From Caecitellus pseudoparvulus (taxonomy: Eukaryota; Protista; Bigyra: Bicosoecida): DNA of 64,000 nt. The notes below the pieces were generated by a model. The model was not told the origin of the DNA, did not search any database, and saw only the letters and a program-made list of their open reading frames with translations. The stretch spans positions 19,850 through 83,849 of the forward strand of contig CBFFRQ010000063.1 in the NCBI GenBank assembly GCA_965644315.1, written 5' to 3'. A program made the position numbers and the translations under genes. Shown one piece after another: positions 23,759 to 33,830 of this stretch; within the stretch, counting starts at the first letter, position 1, and every line of letters begins with the position of its first letter.

Positions 23759-24138
23759 GGGGGGCCCAGCGAGCGGTGTTTCGGTGCGTTGCGCGTGACC
23801 TGACCAAGCACGCTTCGGCCAGTCCCCGTGAACTGCACGCGCTGGCACAGGGGTGAGGCGTGAGGGCGAGACGTGGCCTCCACAAGCTGGAAACAAGCAT
23901 TGCATTCGCCCCTGTGTTCCTCCCGACCAAGCAGGAAAGCGCTCGTGATTTGTGGTTGGGGAGCGAGTGCTGGCGAGCTGGCGTGGCCTGATGCACCGAG
24001 TACCGCGCTGCCTGACGCAGTGCCAGTGCGAGGAGGCGCGAGCGCAGGCTGCAGAGCGACAAGACGTGGCAGGACGGACTGTCACATTGCCACAGGGCCT
24101 CACCTTGCCATGCCTTTCTCCAACCAACGCCGAAGGAA

Positions 24139-24915
24139 TCAAGCTGTGGAAGGGTCAGGCTGTGCCGACGCAGCAGCAGTCGCCCCACCGGCAGCATCAC
24201 CGTGTGAAGACACGGGGCTCTGGTCTGGAAGGGCTTCACCGCTCGTGGCCAGCACAGCCTCTTGCAGCTGCTCGTACGTGGCGTTTGTGAAAAGAGAGGC
24301 TGGGTATACTGCTGCTCCCCACTGCGGGTGGTGCAGGACCTTGCAGCACCCAGCCTGGCCAGTGCTGTACCTGCGCAGCATCTCAAATCCATCCACTTCT
24401 GGGTACACCACGGTGCAGTTCGCTGTCGTGGCCTGCATGGAAGAAGAGGGCCCGTGCAGGTGCGGAAAAGGAGGTCGCTGCGGAAATTGGTACGCACTGG
24501 AAGGCCTGAGCAAGGGTCCACCCAGTCGGCAAAACAGCCTGCCTTGCGCAGATGCTCGCACACAGGCTTGGCCCAGTCGACAAACTGTGCACATGGTGTT
24601 TGTGTGCCCCGTGAGTCCAGCCCCTCCGCAGCGTGGGGGCGCTCGACGTACACTCTCCAGCAGCACATCTTTCTCCGTCGCCACGTCAGGGCCTGTCGCA
24701 GCGAGGTCCATGGCCGCATGCTGGGCCGTCAAGACCGCGAGCATGCCATCTAGCTTGATCCCTTGCAGAATCAACTTCAGCTCGCGTCGAAGGGCTCGTG
24801 GTAGCGTGTGCACGGACACTTCGAGCGCAGGCTGGCGCAGCAGTGTTGGCTGCAGGAGCACCTCGTGCTCTGCGGCCCGGGGACGGCCCCCTGCCGCTGT
24901 TGACCCAGCCGCCAT
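24139..24915 (-). CDS. MMADHC: Cobalamin trafficking protein CblD/MMADHC homolog
   Basis: Splicing introns 24585-24651 and 24433-24497 gives ...EKDVLLES-FVDWAKPVCEHLRKAGCFADWVDPCSGLP-...GCCKVLHHPQWGAAVYPASLFTNA, matching the conserved MMADHC C-terminal domain. Confidence 0.88.
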   Translation of the reverse strand: MAAGSTAAGGRPRAAEHEVLLQPTLLRQPALEVSVHTLPRALRRELKLILQGIKLDGMLAVLTAQHAAMDLAATGPDVATEKDVLLESVRRAPPRCGGAGLTGHTNTMCTVCRLGQACVRASAQGRLFCRLGGPLLRPSSAYQFPQRPPFPHLHGPSSSMQATTANCTVVYPEVDGFEMLRRYSTGQAGCCKVLHHPQWGAAVYPASLFTNATYEQLQEAVLATSGEALPDQSPVSSHGDAAGGATAAASAQPDPSTA

Positions 24916-25119
24916 GCCGAAAACCCACGCCTGACAGGGGCTCCGACTCCAACTACTGCTGGCTTGCGTAGTTCAAAGCAAGTCGGGAGTGAGGCGGTGG
25001 GTGGATTGTGCCTGCAGCGAAACGGTGTACGCGCAAGCCTGCCGCTCTTGCCCAGCTGCACCATGCAGCGCTGAGTCGAAGGAGGCATCCACAAACTCGA
25101 TTCCTTCTCAAATCACAGA

Positions 25120-26673
25120 TCAAGTTCTTATTGGGGAGGCGCCCGGTGGGCGGGTAGCCAGGTGCAGCACCTGAAACGCCTTGAACGGAGCAGCCGGCAC
25201 TTGCGTTGGGTCAACCTGCGCAGCACGGGCGGTCTCTTGGCGCACTGCAGCTGTGAGGGCCGCTTCTCGAGCTGCGGGCGCGCCGTGCTTGGCTTCCCAC
25301 TGAGCCTTGAAGGTGAGCCATGTTTCGTCGCCGAAACGCCCTCCACCACGCCCTCGATGCGGCGCACCCAGGTCATGCAGCACCTCCGCCCCTCGCGGCG
25401 CACGGCGTGCAAATGCGCTGTGCTTCTGTGCTAGTTGTGCAAGGCGCTTGTTAGCGCTCGCCGATCGCACGCTGTCACGCTGTGCAGAGGCCGCTGTGGA
25501 GGGCGTGGAGCCGGCGCGGGGCAACGCAGCGGCAGCGCGCAGCGCGCCTGCTGCCCACACTCCCGCACCTGCCGTGCCTTGTGTCGTGTGGGACAGGCGA
25601 CGTGGCGCAGGGGGTTCTCCACATGCCTCGCCACCCACGCCGCCCATGGCCTGCAGCCAGCGCCACGCACCACTGGACGTGAACTCTGGAATGCCATGCC
25701 CACTAACCGGCACTTCACTTGCAGAACTCAGCGATGCGGCGTCCTGTCGTCGGGCCTGCGTGAAAAAGTCCACCACGCCCGAAATGCGCACCACGGGGTC
25801 TTGCCCAAAGAGCCCACCGCCCTGCTCAAATCCCACTGACTTGGCCAGGGCGCCAAGCTCTTCTTCAGAGCAAGGCGCGTTCATGTCAGTCAAGACAGAC
25901 TTCACCTCACGCAGAGACACACAGCCATCCCTGTCGCCGTCTTGTGACTGCAAGGATCGATGCAGCACAAGCTTCGCGGCTGCACTGCCCACTGGCAAGC
26001 GCCAACGCACTTCCTCCTGCAGCTGCCGACCCTGCCTCTCCAACCCAGGCAAAGAGGGTGCTGCGGCGTTTCCACCGGGCTTGGAAGGCCCTGACGCAGA
26101 AAACCCCGGGTAAGGACCAGGTGGCTGCTTGCTGGTGGGCTCCTCATGATGCCGCTTGTCCTTTGCGTCTTGGGGCAGAGGGGTCGGCAGTGCTGGTGCC
26201 GCTTCAGGAGGAGTGACTTGCGTTGTGCCAAGCACTCGTTCGCCGCGCTCCGCCTCGCCCTCCGGCGTAGTGGCAGCCCAGAAACCGTGCTGGAGACGTT
26301 GATCTTCCCATGCCTGTCGCCTTTTCTCCGCCTCAGCGTGCCTCGCAGCCTCCTTCGCCCGCCGGGCCTTGGCAAGTGCTGCCTCTGCAGCTGCAGCATC
26401 GGCAGCAAGCTGCCAGGCGCCCACGATTCTATCGGTCCGAACGAAGGCGCCCACCCGAGCTCCGGTGCGGTCAATAAGGGAATTCAAATCGCTCGTTCTC
26501 ATGTGCACCCCATGCTCCTGCAGCACCCGCTTAAAATGAGCCGTTCGCAGAATGCCAGTGCCGTCCGGAGATGCCGTCGCCGCGACGCTCGCAAGCTCCG
26601 CAGGGCAGCGCACTCTGCCACCACGGGCCGCAGACAAGATCAAAGGCGCCACCGGTGAGAACCCGTTATCCAT
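25120..26673 (-). CDS. EF-hand-containing hypothetical protein
   Basis: Track ORF of 560 aa; likely ATG at 26673. EF-hand loop DGDRDGCVSLRE followed by 'SEEELGAL', and a degenerate N-terminal loop SPDGTGIL. Confidence 0.6.
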   Translation of the reverse strand: MDNGFSPVAPLILSAARGGRVRCPAELASVAATASPDGTGILRTAHFKRVLQEHGVHMRTSDLNSLIDRTGARVGAFVRTDRIVGAWQLAADAAAAEAALAKARRAKEAARHAEAEKRRQAWEDQRLQHGFWAATTPEGEAERGERVLGTTQVTPPEAAPALPTPLPQDAKDKRHHEEPTSKQPPGPYPGFSASGPSKPGGNAAAPSLPGLERQGRQLQEEVRWRLPVGSAAAKLVLHRSLQSQDGDRDGCVSLREVKSVLTDMNAPCSEEELGALAKSVGFEQGGGLFGQDPVVRISGVVDFFTQARRQDAASLSSASEVPVSGHGIPEFTSSGAWRWLQAMGGVGGEACGEPPAPRRLSHTTQGTAGAGVWAAGALRAAAALPRAGSTPSTAASAQRDSVRSASANKRLAQLAQKHSAFARRAPRGAEVLHDLGAPHRGRGGGRFGDETWLTFKAQWEAKHGAPAAREAALTAAVRQETARAAQVDPTQVPAAPFKAFQVLHLATRPPGASPIRT

Positions 26674-26937
26674 GTTATGACAACTACCCTGTAGGCCAGA
26701 TGGCTCAAAGCAGCGGCTCGCCGTCTTGCACTCTGCTGCACCTGGCGTGCCTGGCCTGCAAGCAGCACACCCGCCCAGTGTGACGCCCAGGGCAACGCAC
26801 ACTGCAGCGCAGGACAGGGGTCTGAACGCACTCCAAGCTTCCTTGGCCTATATCACTTCAGCCCCTGAGGCGTGGACACTGCGAGCGTGGGCTGGGCTGT
26901 GAATTTTGCGATACCAACGCAACAAGCCACTGCGGCG

Positions 26938-28874
26938 TCACACAAGCGCCGGCGAGTCAAGGACGGCGAAGCCCTTGGCCACCCCCCCCTCGTCAGAGCT
27001 GACCGCCTTCGTCCGCACCAGGTGCCCCGCTTCACAGTTCAGCATGACCGTGCTGCTGTCGCCGAGAAACGCTCCATAGATGCCCACCTCACAGATGGTC
27101 TCTGGCAGCAAAATGGCCTGCCCCGCCTTCACAACCACGGCTGGGCTGGCTTCAGGCTTGATGCGCTGCATGAGGATGAAGGCGCCCCGCTCCTCCGGCG
27201 ACATGCCACTCAACGCCTTTGCCAGGGCCTGCCCGTACAAGTTGTTGCCACCCCCCTCCCGCTGTGGCTTCATGACGTAGTCTTGCGGGTTCTGCAACGC
27301 ATCCTGCACGACAGTCGCAGTGGCTGCGGCGTCCTTCGCATCCAGCGACCACAGCCCCGCAAACGTGCTGCGCAGGGCAGTGGCCTGATCAGGGGACAAC
27401 TGCCCCTGCCCCTCGCCGGTAAAGTGCTCCAAGCCACCAGCCAGGGCGAGTTCTTGCTGCACCTTCTTCGCGCCCACCAACTGGTAGAACACATTCGGAG
27501 CCTGCGAGGGGTGAGAAGCAGGGCAGTTAGGGCATGGTCACAGCCACAGCTCCGACGCTCGCTGCAGGCAAGCTCGCCACGCCTCACCTTGATCGCGGCG
27601 CTTCGTTCCAACAGACTGCGCGCCTGCCACTCCCCAGCACTAGGGTAGTCATCAGGCGTGTAGCCAGCTCGCAGGTACACTGTGGACACCTGCACCAGCG
27701 GGACGCCTGCACCCTTAGCCCGTGCATCTCCCGCTGCAGTCTCTGGAGTAGTCAGGTGCGCCGGCACCCACAGAGACCAATCAGGCATGGCGGCCACATG
27801 GGGGGCAGGGGCGGGGGTCCCATCCGCAAACACCGGCCCATCCGGCGTCACCAGCACTGCCTCCGACGCCAGCGAGGTCAGGGAGCCCCACACAGTCCGC
27901 ACACCATGGTTCTCCCACAGCGCATCCTCCAGGCCCAGCTGATCAAACACATTCCGCTCCCCGGGCTGTGTGACGAACAGCACTGCCGTTCTGTGAAGGA
28001 GGCATGGGGTGCCGTGCACGCAGCGCACGCAGTCAGGCGGCAGACAAGGTGCACGCACTTGCTGCCTCCATACGCGCTGTGGGCTGCTGCCAGCGCCTGG
28101 GCCATTGACTTGGCGGGGGCGTTGGGTGGCAGTGTGACGCCCGCAGCGGCAGCCAGCCCACCTTCACCCAGGAGGGCTGCTGCCACAGTTGGGTGGTCAA
28201 AGCCATACCGCGAGACCATGCGGGCATGCAGGCCGGAGACGCAGCCGCTCAACGTGCCGAAGCCGGCGGCGATGGTGTTCAGCTCGATCTGCAGTGCTCG
28301 CATCCCCTCACCTGCCTCCTCCCCTGACCCTGCAGTCTCCAACATGTAATCGCTGCGGTGCAGGCCCAAGGCCAGAGGCTGGTGCCACCCCTCCGCGTGC
28401 ACCTGCTCTGCAAGGTCCATCAATGCAGCTGTAAAGGGATCAGCCGCCGCTGCCCTGCGGTGCGGGTACGCGAGGCAGGGTTCTGTGCAGCAGGTGGAAG
28501 GCCAGACACTCGGCGCACGCACCCTGCGAGAGTTTGCTTCAGCCACGTAAAGTCGCGGGCAACTGCATCAACCAGCTGGTTGTATGCGGGCTGGATCTCC
28601 TTCAGCATGGAGAAGACTGGCGCTGGAAGCTGCAAAGGGTCAGAGTCGGGCGTGAACGCCACAAGGCGTGGTGTGCGGAATTCGACGCCCACCTCACCTT
28701 CCGCGGCAGCAGTGCAAACGGGGCGTGCATGCCCTCCACTGCCGACGACGCACTGCGAAGCATGAAACCTTTGCGTAAAGCCAGGAGGACAGCCGCGTCC
28801 GCCAGCTCCTGGGTTGGCTTGTCCACGTCTGAGTGCACCTTGCCAGCGCCTGCGCTGGCCAACACGTCTGCCAT
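26938..28874 (-). CDS. GSS: Glutathione synthetase (eukaryotic type), 5 exons
   Basis: HAPFALLP, LGLHRSDYML, QIELNTIA, YLRAGYTPDDY, YVMKPQREGGGNN and EGGVAKGFAVLDS motifs. Introns 28630-28697, 28455-28522, 27991-28058 and 27502-27587 join all exons in frame. Confidence 0.96.
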
Positions 28875-29263
28875 GCTTGAAACGCGAGCACCTTCCCGCC
28901 GGCAGCAAAAAGGGTGGGCAAATGAGGGCGAAGAGCCGTGCTTGGGAGCCGTGAGCGGCCGAAGCTTATTCTTGGACTGAAAGGGGTCGTGTGAGTGAAA
29001 GTGTTGGGAGGTTACGTGGGAGGTGCTCCAAGGGCCAGCAGTGCCGACTTGGATGGAAGGCACACAAACCTGAATTCCTACAAGAACGTCTCCACCACTG
29101 CATTCGGTGGAAAGTGTACGGATGCGGATAAGAACGCGCCCTCGCCTTCCTCTTCGTTGCATCGCCCTGCCTTTACACTCCGCATTTCTTGAGTTTCAGC
29201 GGTAATTGCCTGAGTTGTGGGGCTCGCATCGCTCTCTCCACCTGCATCTTTGGACGAGGCAGC

Positions 29264-32200
29264 ATGCGCCGGTCGGCGTGCAGCGGCCTCCTGCTGTGCT
29301 TCTTGCTGCCCCATGGTTGCATCCTGCCATTCCACACCGCAGCGTGCGCCTCAGGAGCCGCTGCTGCGCAGGAGGCCCCTCAGCACAGCGTGCTGCAGGC
29401 CCCACGTGCTAGAAGCCTGAGCTCAGGGGACACTCTCCTCGACTGCAGCTCCCAGGGGGGCTACTCCTTCAGCTCCTTCCCCGTGGACCAAGACATCCCC
29501 CCAAAGTTTGACATTGACGTCCACGGCGCTCTGTCTCCTGCCAGCGCTGGCCCCACGTTGCCTGAGGTTTGCCAGTGGAGCTTCTCACCCCGCACTCCGT
29601 TTGGCGTCGTGTCCATGCGCCTGCACTCCCACGGTGGGGGTGGCTTTCGCAACGCAAGCTTTTCTGCACAAGGCCTGCAAGTCGTGGTTGGGCCGTGGAC
29701 CGTGCACGACGACGGCTGGGCCGTGTTTGGCGGTGTGACAGTCACGCTGCGACTGAACGCGACTGCAGCTGCTCTCAGCAGCCAGCCGGTTGCCCGCATT
29801 TGGGTGGAGGAGGCAGCCCCCGGGCAGTTCCCTCTAAACATCCCACCGCCAGCTTCACACATTACGTGTGGCGACTCGGGGGGCAACGTCAGTGTCGTTG
29901 CAGGGGCAGCGCCGCGCACACTGGTGCCGAGGTGGCCAGGCCACCTGGACATGTCCCACTGCAGCTGGGCGTTGTGGGCAGTCAACTCTTCAGTCATCAC
30001 GCTCAACTTCTCACAGGCACTGGTTGACCTCCCTGAACAGGCGACGCTGTCCATGGCCGCTCCCGGCTTCCGCTTCGCTGTGTCAGGCAGCCTGCGTCGC
30101 TCTCTCTTTGGACAGCTGGGCGGGGCCGTCACCTTGCCCTCACCTGTGCTCATGGAGCTGGACAGTCGGCTGTGGAGGCTGGCGAACAACACTGCAGGAG
30201 TTTCCCTTCCTACGGGCCTCTCTGTCCAGGTGCTTGCACCGGAATTGGTGGCAGACGGCGCCGCAGGGACTGCAGTGCACCTGTGCCCCTCCGCTGGGTC
30301 AGAGATTGTGGCCGTGGGCAATGAGCCCGTGTCCATCCTGCCACAGCTTCCACTTCAATACGCACCAGGCCAAGCGTGCAGGTGGGTACTGCAGACTGCC
30401 GGTGCAGGGGGCGCGAACCTCCGCCTGGACGTGGGCTGGTTCGACATTGACACTGGCAGTCTGAACATCACGTCGCATGGCTACGTCCGCACCGGCTCAG
30501 CCCAACACCCGCCCCACTGGAACAACGTTGACGAATGGGCAGCACCAGGACCATGGGTGCGCGACGGGCGCTCTGTGGTACTTCGAAGCCCTGTGACGAT
30601 CGACTTTGTGGCCCCGGCATCCGGCGGGCCAGGAGTTGGCTTCAACTTCACTGTTTCCGCCACCCACGACCAAGCGTGGAATGACCCACAGCTGCAACCT
30701 GCTGACTTAGTCACTTGCGAGCAGGCAAATCGCACTCTGTCGGTTTCCATGGGAAACTCTGCCCGCGTCCAGCTTGCGTGGCCGGATGGCGACTTTCTTT
30801 CGCCAGCCGGCGCAAACTGCACGTGGATCGTCTCTGCGCCAACACCATCTGTAGAACTGCAGTGGCAGTGGCTGTCACTCTCCCCACATGCAACCATTAC
30901 GCTCCGGGAGGGCGACGGCTCACTGCATGTAGTCCGCGGACAGCGAACGCCCTGGCTGTTTCCCAAGCCGCCCCGTTCTCGGAGACTGCTGTCACCAGTC
31001 CGCATCTCTTACTCCAGCTCTTCCGGTGTGCCGTCAAGTGGAAGTGGGTTTTCCCTGCTCGCCAAGGCAGCCGCAGAACTTCCCACCGTTGTCGGGCCGC
31101 CCCCCGCCGGCTTCGTGTCAGCCTGCGGAGGGGAGGTCGTGTCCCCCCCTTCGCCAGCCTCGTCAATCTTCATGCCAGCTTGGCCAGAGGGCCTCCACGC
31201 GTCGCCATGCTCGTGGACACTGCACGCACAGCAAGGCTTCGACTCGTTGATGCTCCAAGTCCCTGCGGCCACAGCTCCCAGTGGCTCAGCTGCCTTCCTT
31301 CTCGTCGACGCTCAAGGCCGCAGCGTCGCGCTGGGGGATGGTGTGTCTGTGTCTCCGCCCCTCGCTGATGGCGAGACTCTCGTCACACTGCGACCGCCAG
31401 TGCATATGCACTTCTCGCCTGGCGCTGCCCAAGACGTGGGCGAGCTCGCGCTGCAGGTGCAGAGCGTCAAGCCGCTTGCGCCAGCCAATACCTCCTGGAT
31501 ACAGCTGTGCCAGCAAGACAATGCTTCCCTGGCTGTGAATGACTCAGCATGGCACTACATTGTGTCAGGGTCACCCTTCGGCTACGCCAATGATGCCAGG
31601 TGCAAGCTTGAACTTGAACTTTCACCCCAGAGCCGAGCACAAGGGCTGCAGGCCATCGAGCTGCAGCTGGACAGTGTTGCCTTGGAGCCAGCAGCTGACT
31701 GGCTGGTGGTCCAAGACGCTGTGGGTACCCTTGGCTCGCAGCAAGTGCGTGGCTGCTTCACTGGCAACGGGAGTGGTGCTGTGAATGCCAGCATGCTCAT
31801 TCTGCCGCCAGTGAGGCTTGCGCTGCTGACAGACGCCAGCACAACGGCTGCTGGAGTGCGCATCCGCTTCCGTGCGGTGCAGGGGCTAGCAGTTTCCGCA
31901 GCGCAGGCGCACCCACTGCTACCTGCTGGGTCCACAGAGAGTGTGGAGGCGTGTCGCCAGGCATGCACCATGGGCTCAGAGGGAGCTTTGTGTGCCGCTG
32001 CTGTGAGCCCAACGGCTTCGCCCTCTCCCCCCGCCACAGCAACCCCCTCCACTTCCCCTTCGCCCACTAGCTCCAGCACTGCTTCAGCATCCCCTCAGCC
32101 ATCAGGCTCAGCATCTCCCAGCCCGGGTGAGGTAGACCCAGGCACCACCGGTTCAGAGCAACAAGGTGGTGAGGTTGATGGAGGTAGCAGCAGCCTGTCC

Positions 32201-32401
32201 ACAGGCGCCATGTCTGGCATTGCGATGGGGTGTGTCTTCTTGTTAGCCGCTGTAGCCGCAGGTGTGTGGTGGCGGCGCCAGCAACAGCAAGGAAAGGCCC
32301 CTGACCCAGTTCCGAACAAAGGGGGTTCAAATGGAACGGCAGCGGGGCATGTCAACCCGATGCACAATGCCCGAGGCGCCGACTCCTTCACGCCACCATA
32401 A
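29264..32401 (+). CDS. CUB-like domain repeat type I membrane protein
   Basis: Signal peptide, repeated C...CxW motifs (CQWSF, CSWAL, YAPGQACRWVL, ANCTWIV, CSWTL, YANDARC...LEPAADWLVVQD), Ser/Pro/Thr stalk, one TM helix (IAMGCVFLLAAVAAGVWW-RR) and a short tail with an NPM motif. Confidence 0.8.
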   Translation: MRRSACSGLLLCFLLPHGCILPFHTAACASGAAAAQEAPQHSVLQAPRARSLSSGDTLLDCSSQGGYSFSSFPVDQDIPPKFDIDVHGALSPASAGPTLPEVCQWSFSPRTPFGVVSMRLHSHGGGGFRNASFSAQGLQVVVGPWTVHDDGWAVFGGVTVTLRLNATAAALSSQPVARIWVEEAAPGQFPLNIPPPASHITCGDSGGNVSVVAGAAPRTLVPRWPGHLDMSHCSWALWAVNSSVITLNFSQALVDLPEQATLSMAAPGFRFAVSGSLRRSLFGQLGGAVTLPSPVLMELDSRLWRLANNTAGVSLPTGLSVQVLAPELVADGAAGTAVHLCPSAGSEIVAVGNEPVSILPQLPLQYAPGQACRWVLQTAGAGGANLRLDVGWFDIDTGSLNITSHGYVRTGSAQHPPHWNNVDEWAAPGPWVRDGRSVVLRSPVTIDFVAPASGGPGVGFNFTVSATHDQAWNDPQLQPADLVTCEQANRTLSVSMGNSARVQLAWPDGDFLSPAGANCTWIVSAPTPSVELQWQWLSLSPHATITLREGDGSLHVVRGQRTPWLFPKPPRSRRLLSPVRISYSSSSGVPSSGSGFSLLAKAAAELPTVVGPPPAGFVSACGGEVVSPPSPASSIFMPAWPEGLHASPCSWTLHAQQGFDSLMLQVPAATAPSGSAAFLLVDAQGRSVALGDGVSVSPPLADGETLVTLRPPVHMHFSPGAAQDVGELALQVQSVKPLAPANTSWIQLCQQDNASLAVNDSAWHYIVSGSPFGYANDARCKLELELSPQSRAQGLQAIELQLDSVALEPAADWLVVQDAVGTLGSQQVRGCFTGNGSGAVNASMLILPPVRLALLTDASTTAAGVRIRFRAVQGLAVSAAQAHPLLPAGSTESVEACRQACTMGSEGALCAAAVSPTASPSPPATATPSTSPSPTSSSTASASPQPSGSASPSPGEVDPGTTGSEQQGGEVDGGSSSLSTGAMSGIAMGCVFLLAAVAAGVWWRRQQQQGKAPDPVPNKGGSNGTAAGHVNPMHNARGADSFTPP

Positions 32402-32447
32402 CACCGACCCGTGGCACCCCTGAATATATACGCGCCAATTCAAGTAA

Positions 32448-33714
32448 TTACTCCCAACCACTCCCGCCATGCACACGGTTGAAGTGGCCCTGCTCTGCTC
32501 GGCCACGAGACAGCAAACGCGGGGCCAGGGCAGCTGGAAGGGCGCGCTGGTTGCTCATGCCTCCGCGCGTGTACTGCCGACGTGTCGTGTGGTACGAGCG
32601 CAGGGGCGCGGCCGCATGTGCAGTCGCAGCGTGCAGCTTTCCATGCTTCGGTGCCCCAGGCTGCCGGGGCCTGGAAGCTGGGAAGGGCACATCCTTGTTA
32701 GGTCGCGGTCGCTCCGATCGCTGGGAGGGCCGAAGCGCACGTTGCACACTCGAGCCAGCTGCACTGACAGGGGAGGTGCTGACACCAGCCGAATAGAACC
32801 GAGACCCTCGGCCCAGTGCAGTTCGAGGACTGTGGGGCTGGCTCCGTGCACGCATGCTGGACCGCGGGCTGCCTTGCGGCGAGCGTGGCGATCGGGGCTC
32901 AACTCCTGTACCTGGCGTGGACACCGCCTCGATGCGCTGCAAGAAGGACACCTTGGGAGCCATGTCAGGTGCCCTGCGATCCCCTACCGTGCTGGTTTTC
33001 CGGGAAGCTCGCGCAGGGCCTGCACTCGCTGGTCGCTGTCGCCTGCGAGGTGGCGCCGTCTGCCAGCTTGGATGTGGAGACCTGTGGGGCCTGTCCACAA
33101 ATCGCCCCAGGCTGTAACAAAGCTGAGGTTGGGGCCTGCTTTGCGAGGGAGACTCCGTTGATTGGCGGGTTGACTGAATGGCCGGTTCTTCAAACCTGAG
33201 AGGGCGCGGTGGGCTGCAGTGCAGGGGCCACTCCGCTGCTTGCTTCACGTAGCTCTCACCTCTCCGCTTCCGTTCCAGACTCAGGCTCACGAAAGAGTGG
33301 CTTGTACAGCTCGTGCACGACAAGACGCAAGGCCCTGCGGGTACGACGTCGATGCTTGACTACTTCTGCCACAGAGGCTGCCACTTCCATGCCAGGGTCG
33401 CTGTGCTCAGGGGGTAGGTGTGTGCAGGCACAGCTGTCGCAGCGACTGCAGCCAACTCCCACGCACATGCCCATCCGCAGCAGAGCCAGCAAGATGCGAA
33501 CTTGGCTCAGACCTGCAGCATCTTGACGAAACAATTCGGCTGTAGCCTGTGCACGCGGCATGTCTCGTTTGCGGGTATGCAAGGCACCGCGCCTTCGCGG
33601 CCAGGCCAAGCATGGGCGCACCTCGTCGCTGGCCACCTGCAGCAGCTGCATGTACGCCGTGGTGGGGGCGGCCTGAACGCCCCTTCTCACGGGGGGTGGT
33701 GCTGACACCTGCAT
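32448..33714 (-). CDS. Hypothetical protein, 4 predicted exons, Ser/Arg/Pro-rich C-terminus
   Basis: ATG at 33714. GT-AG introns 33547-33621, 33401-33466 and 33196-33259 (75, 66, 64 nt) connect track ORFs 33256..33834 and 32448..33323 in frame. No family recognised. Confidence 0.55.
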
Positions 33715-33830
33715 TGCATTGAAAGTCCTCGTTTGCTGGAAATCCGGGGCAGTCAGCTTGTTTGGGTGCTTGCAATTTGACCAATAGTGCAACAAGTCAC
33801 CGTCAGCCCTCAAGACACCGCCTGAGCGTG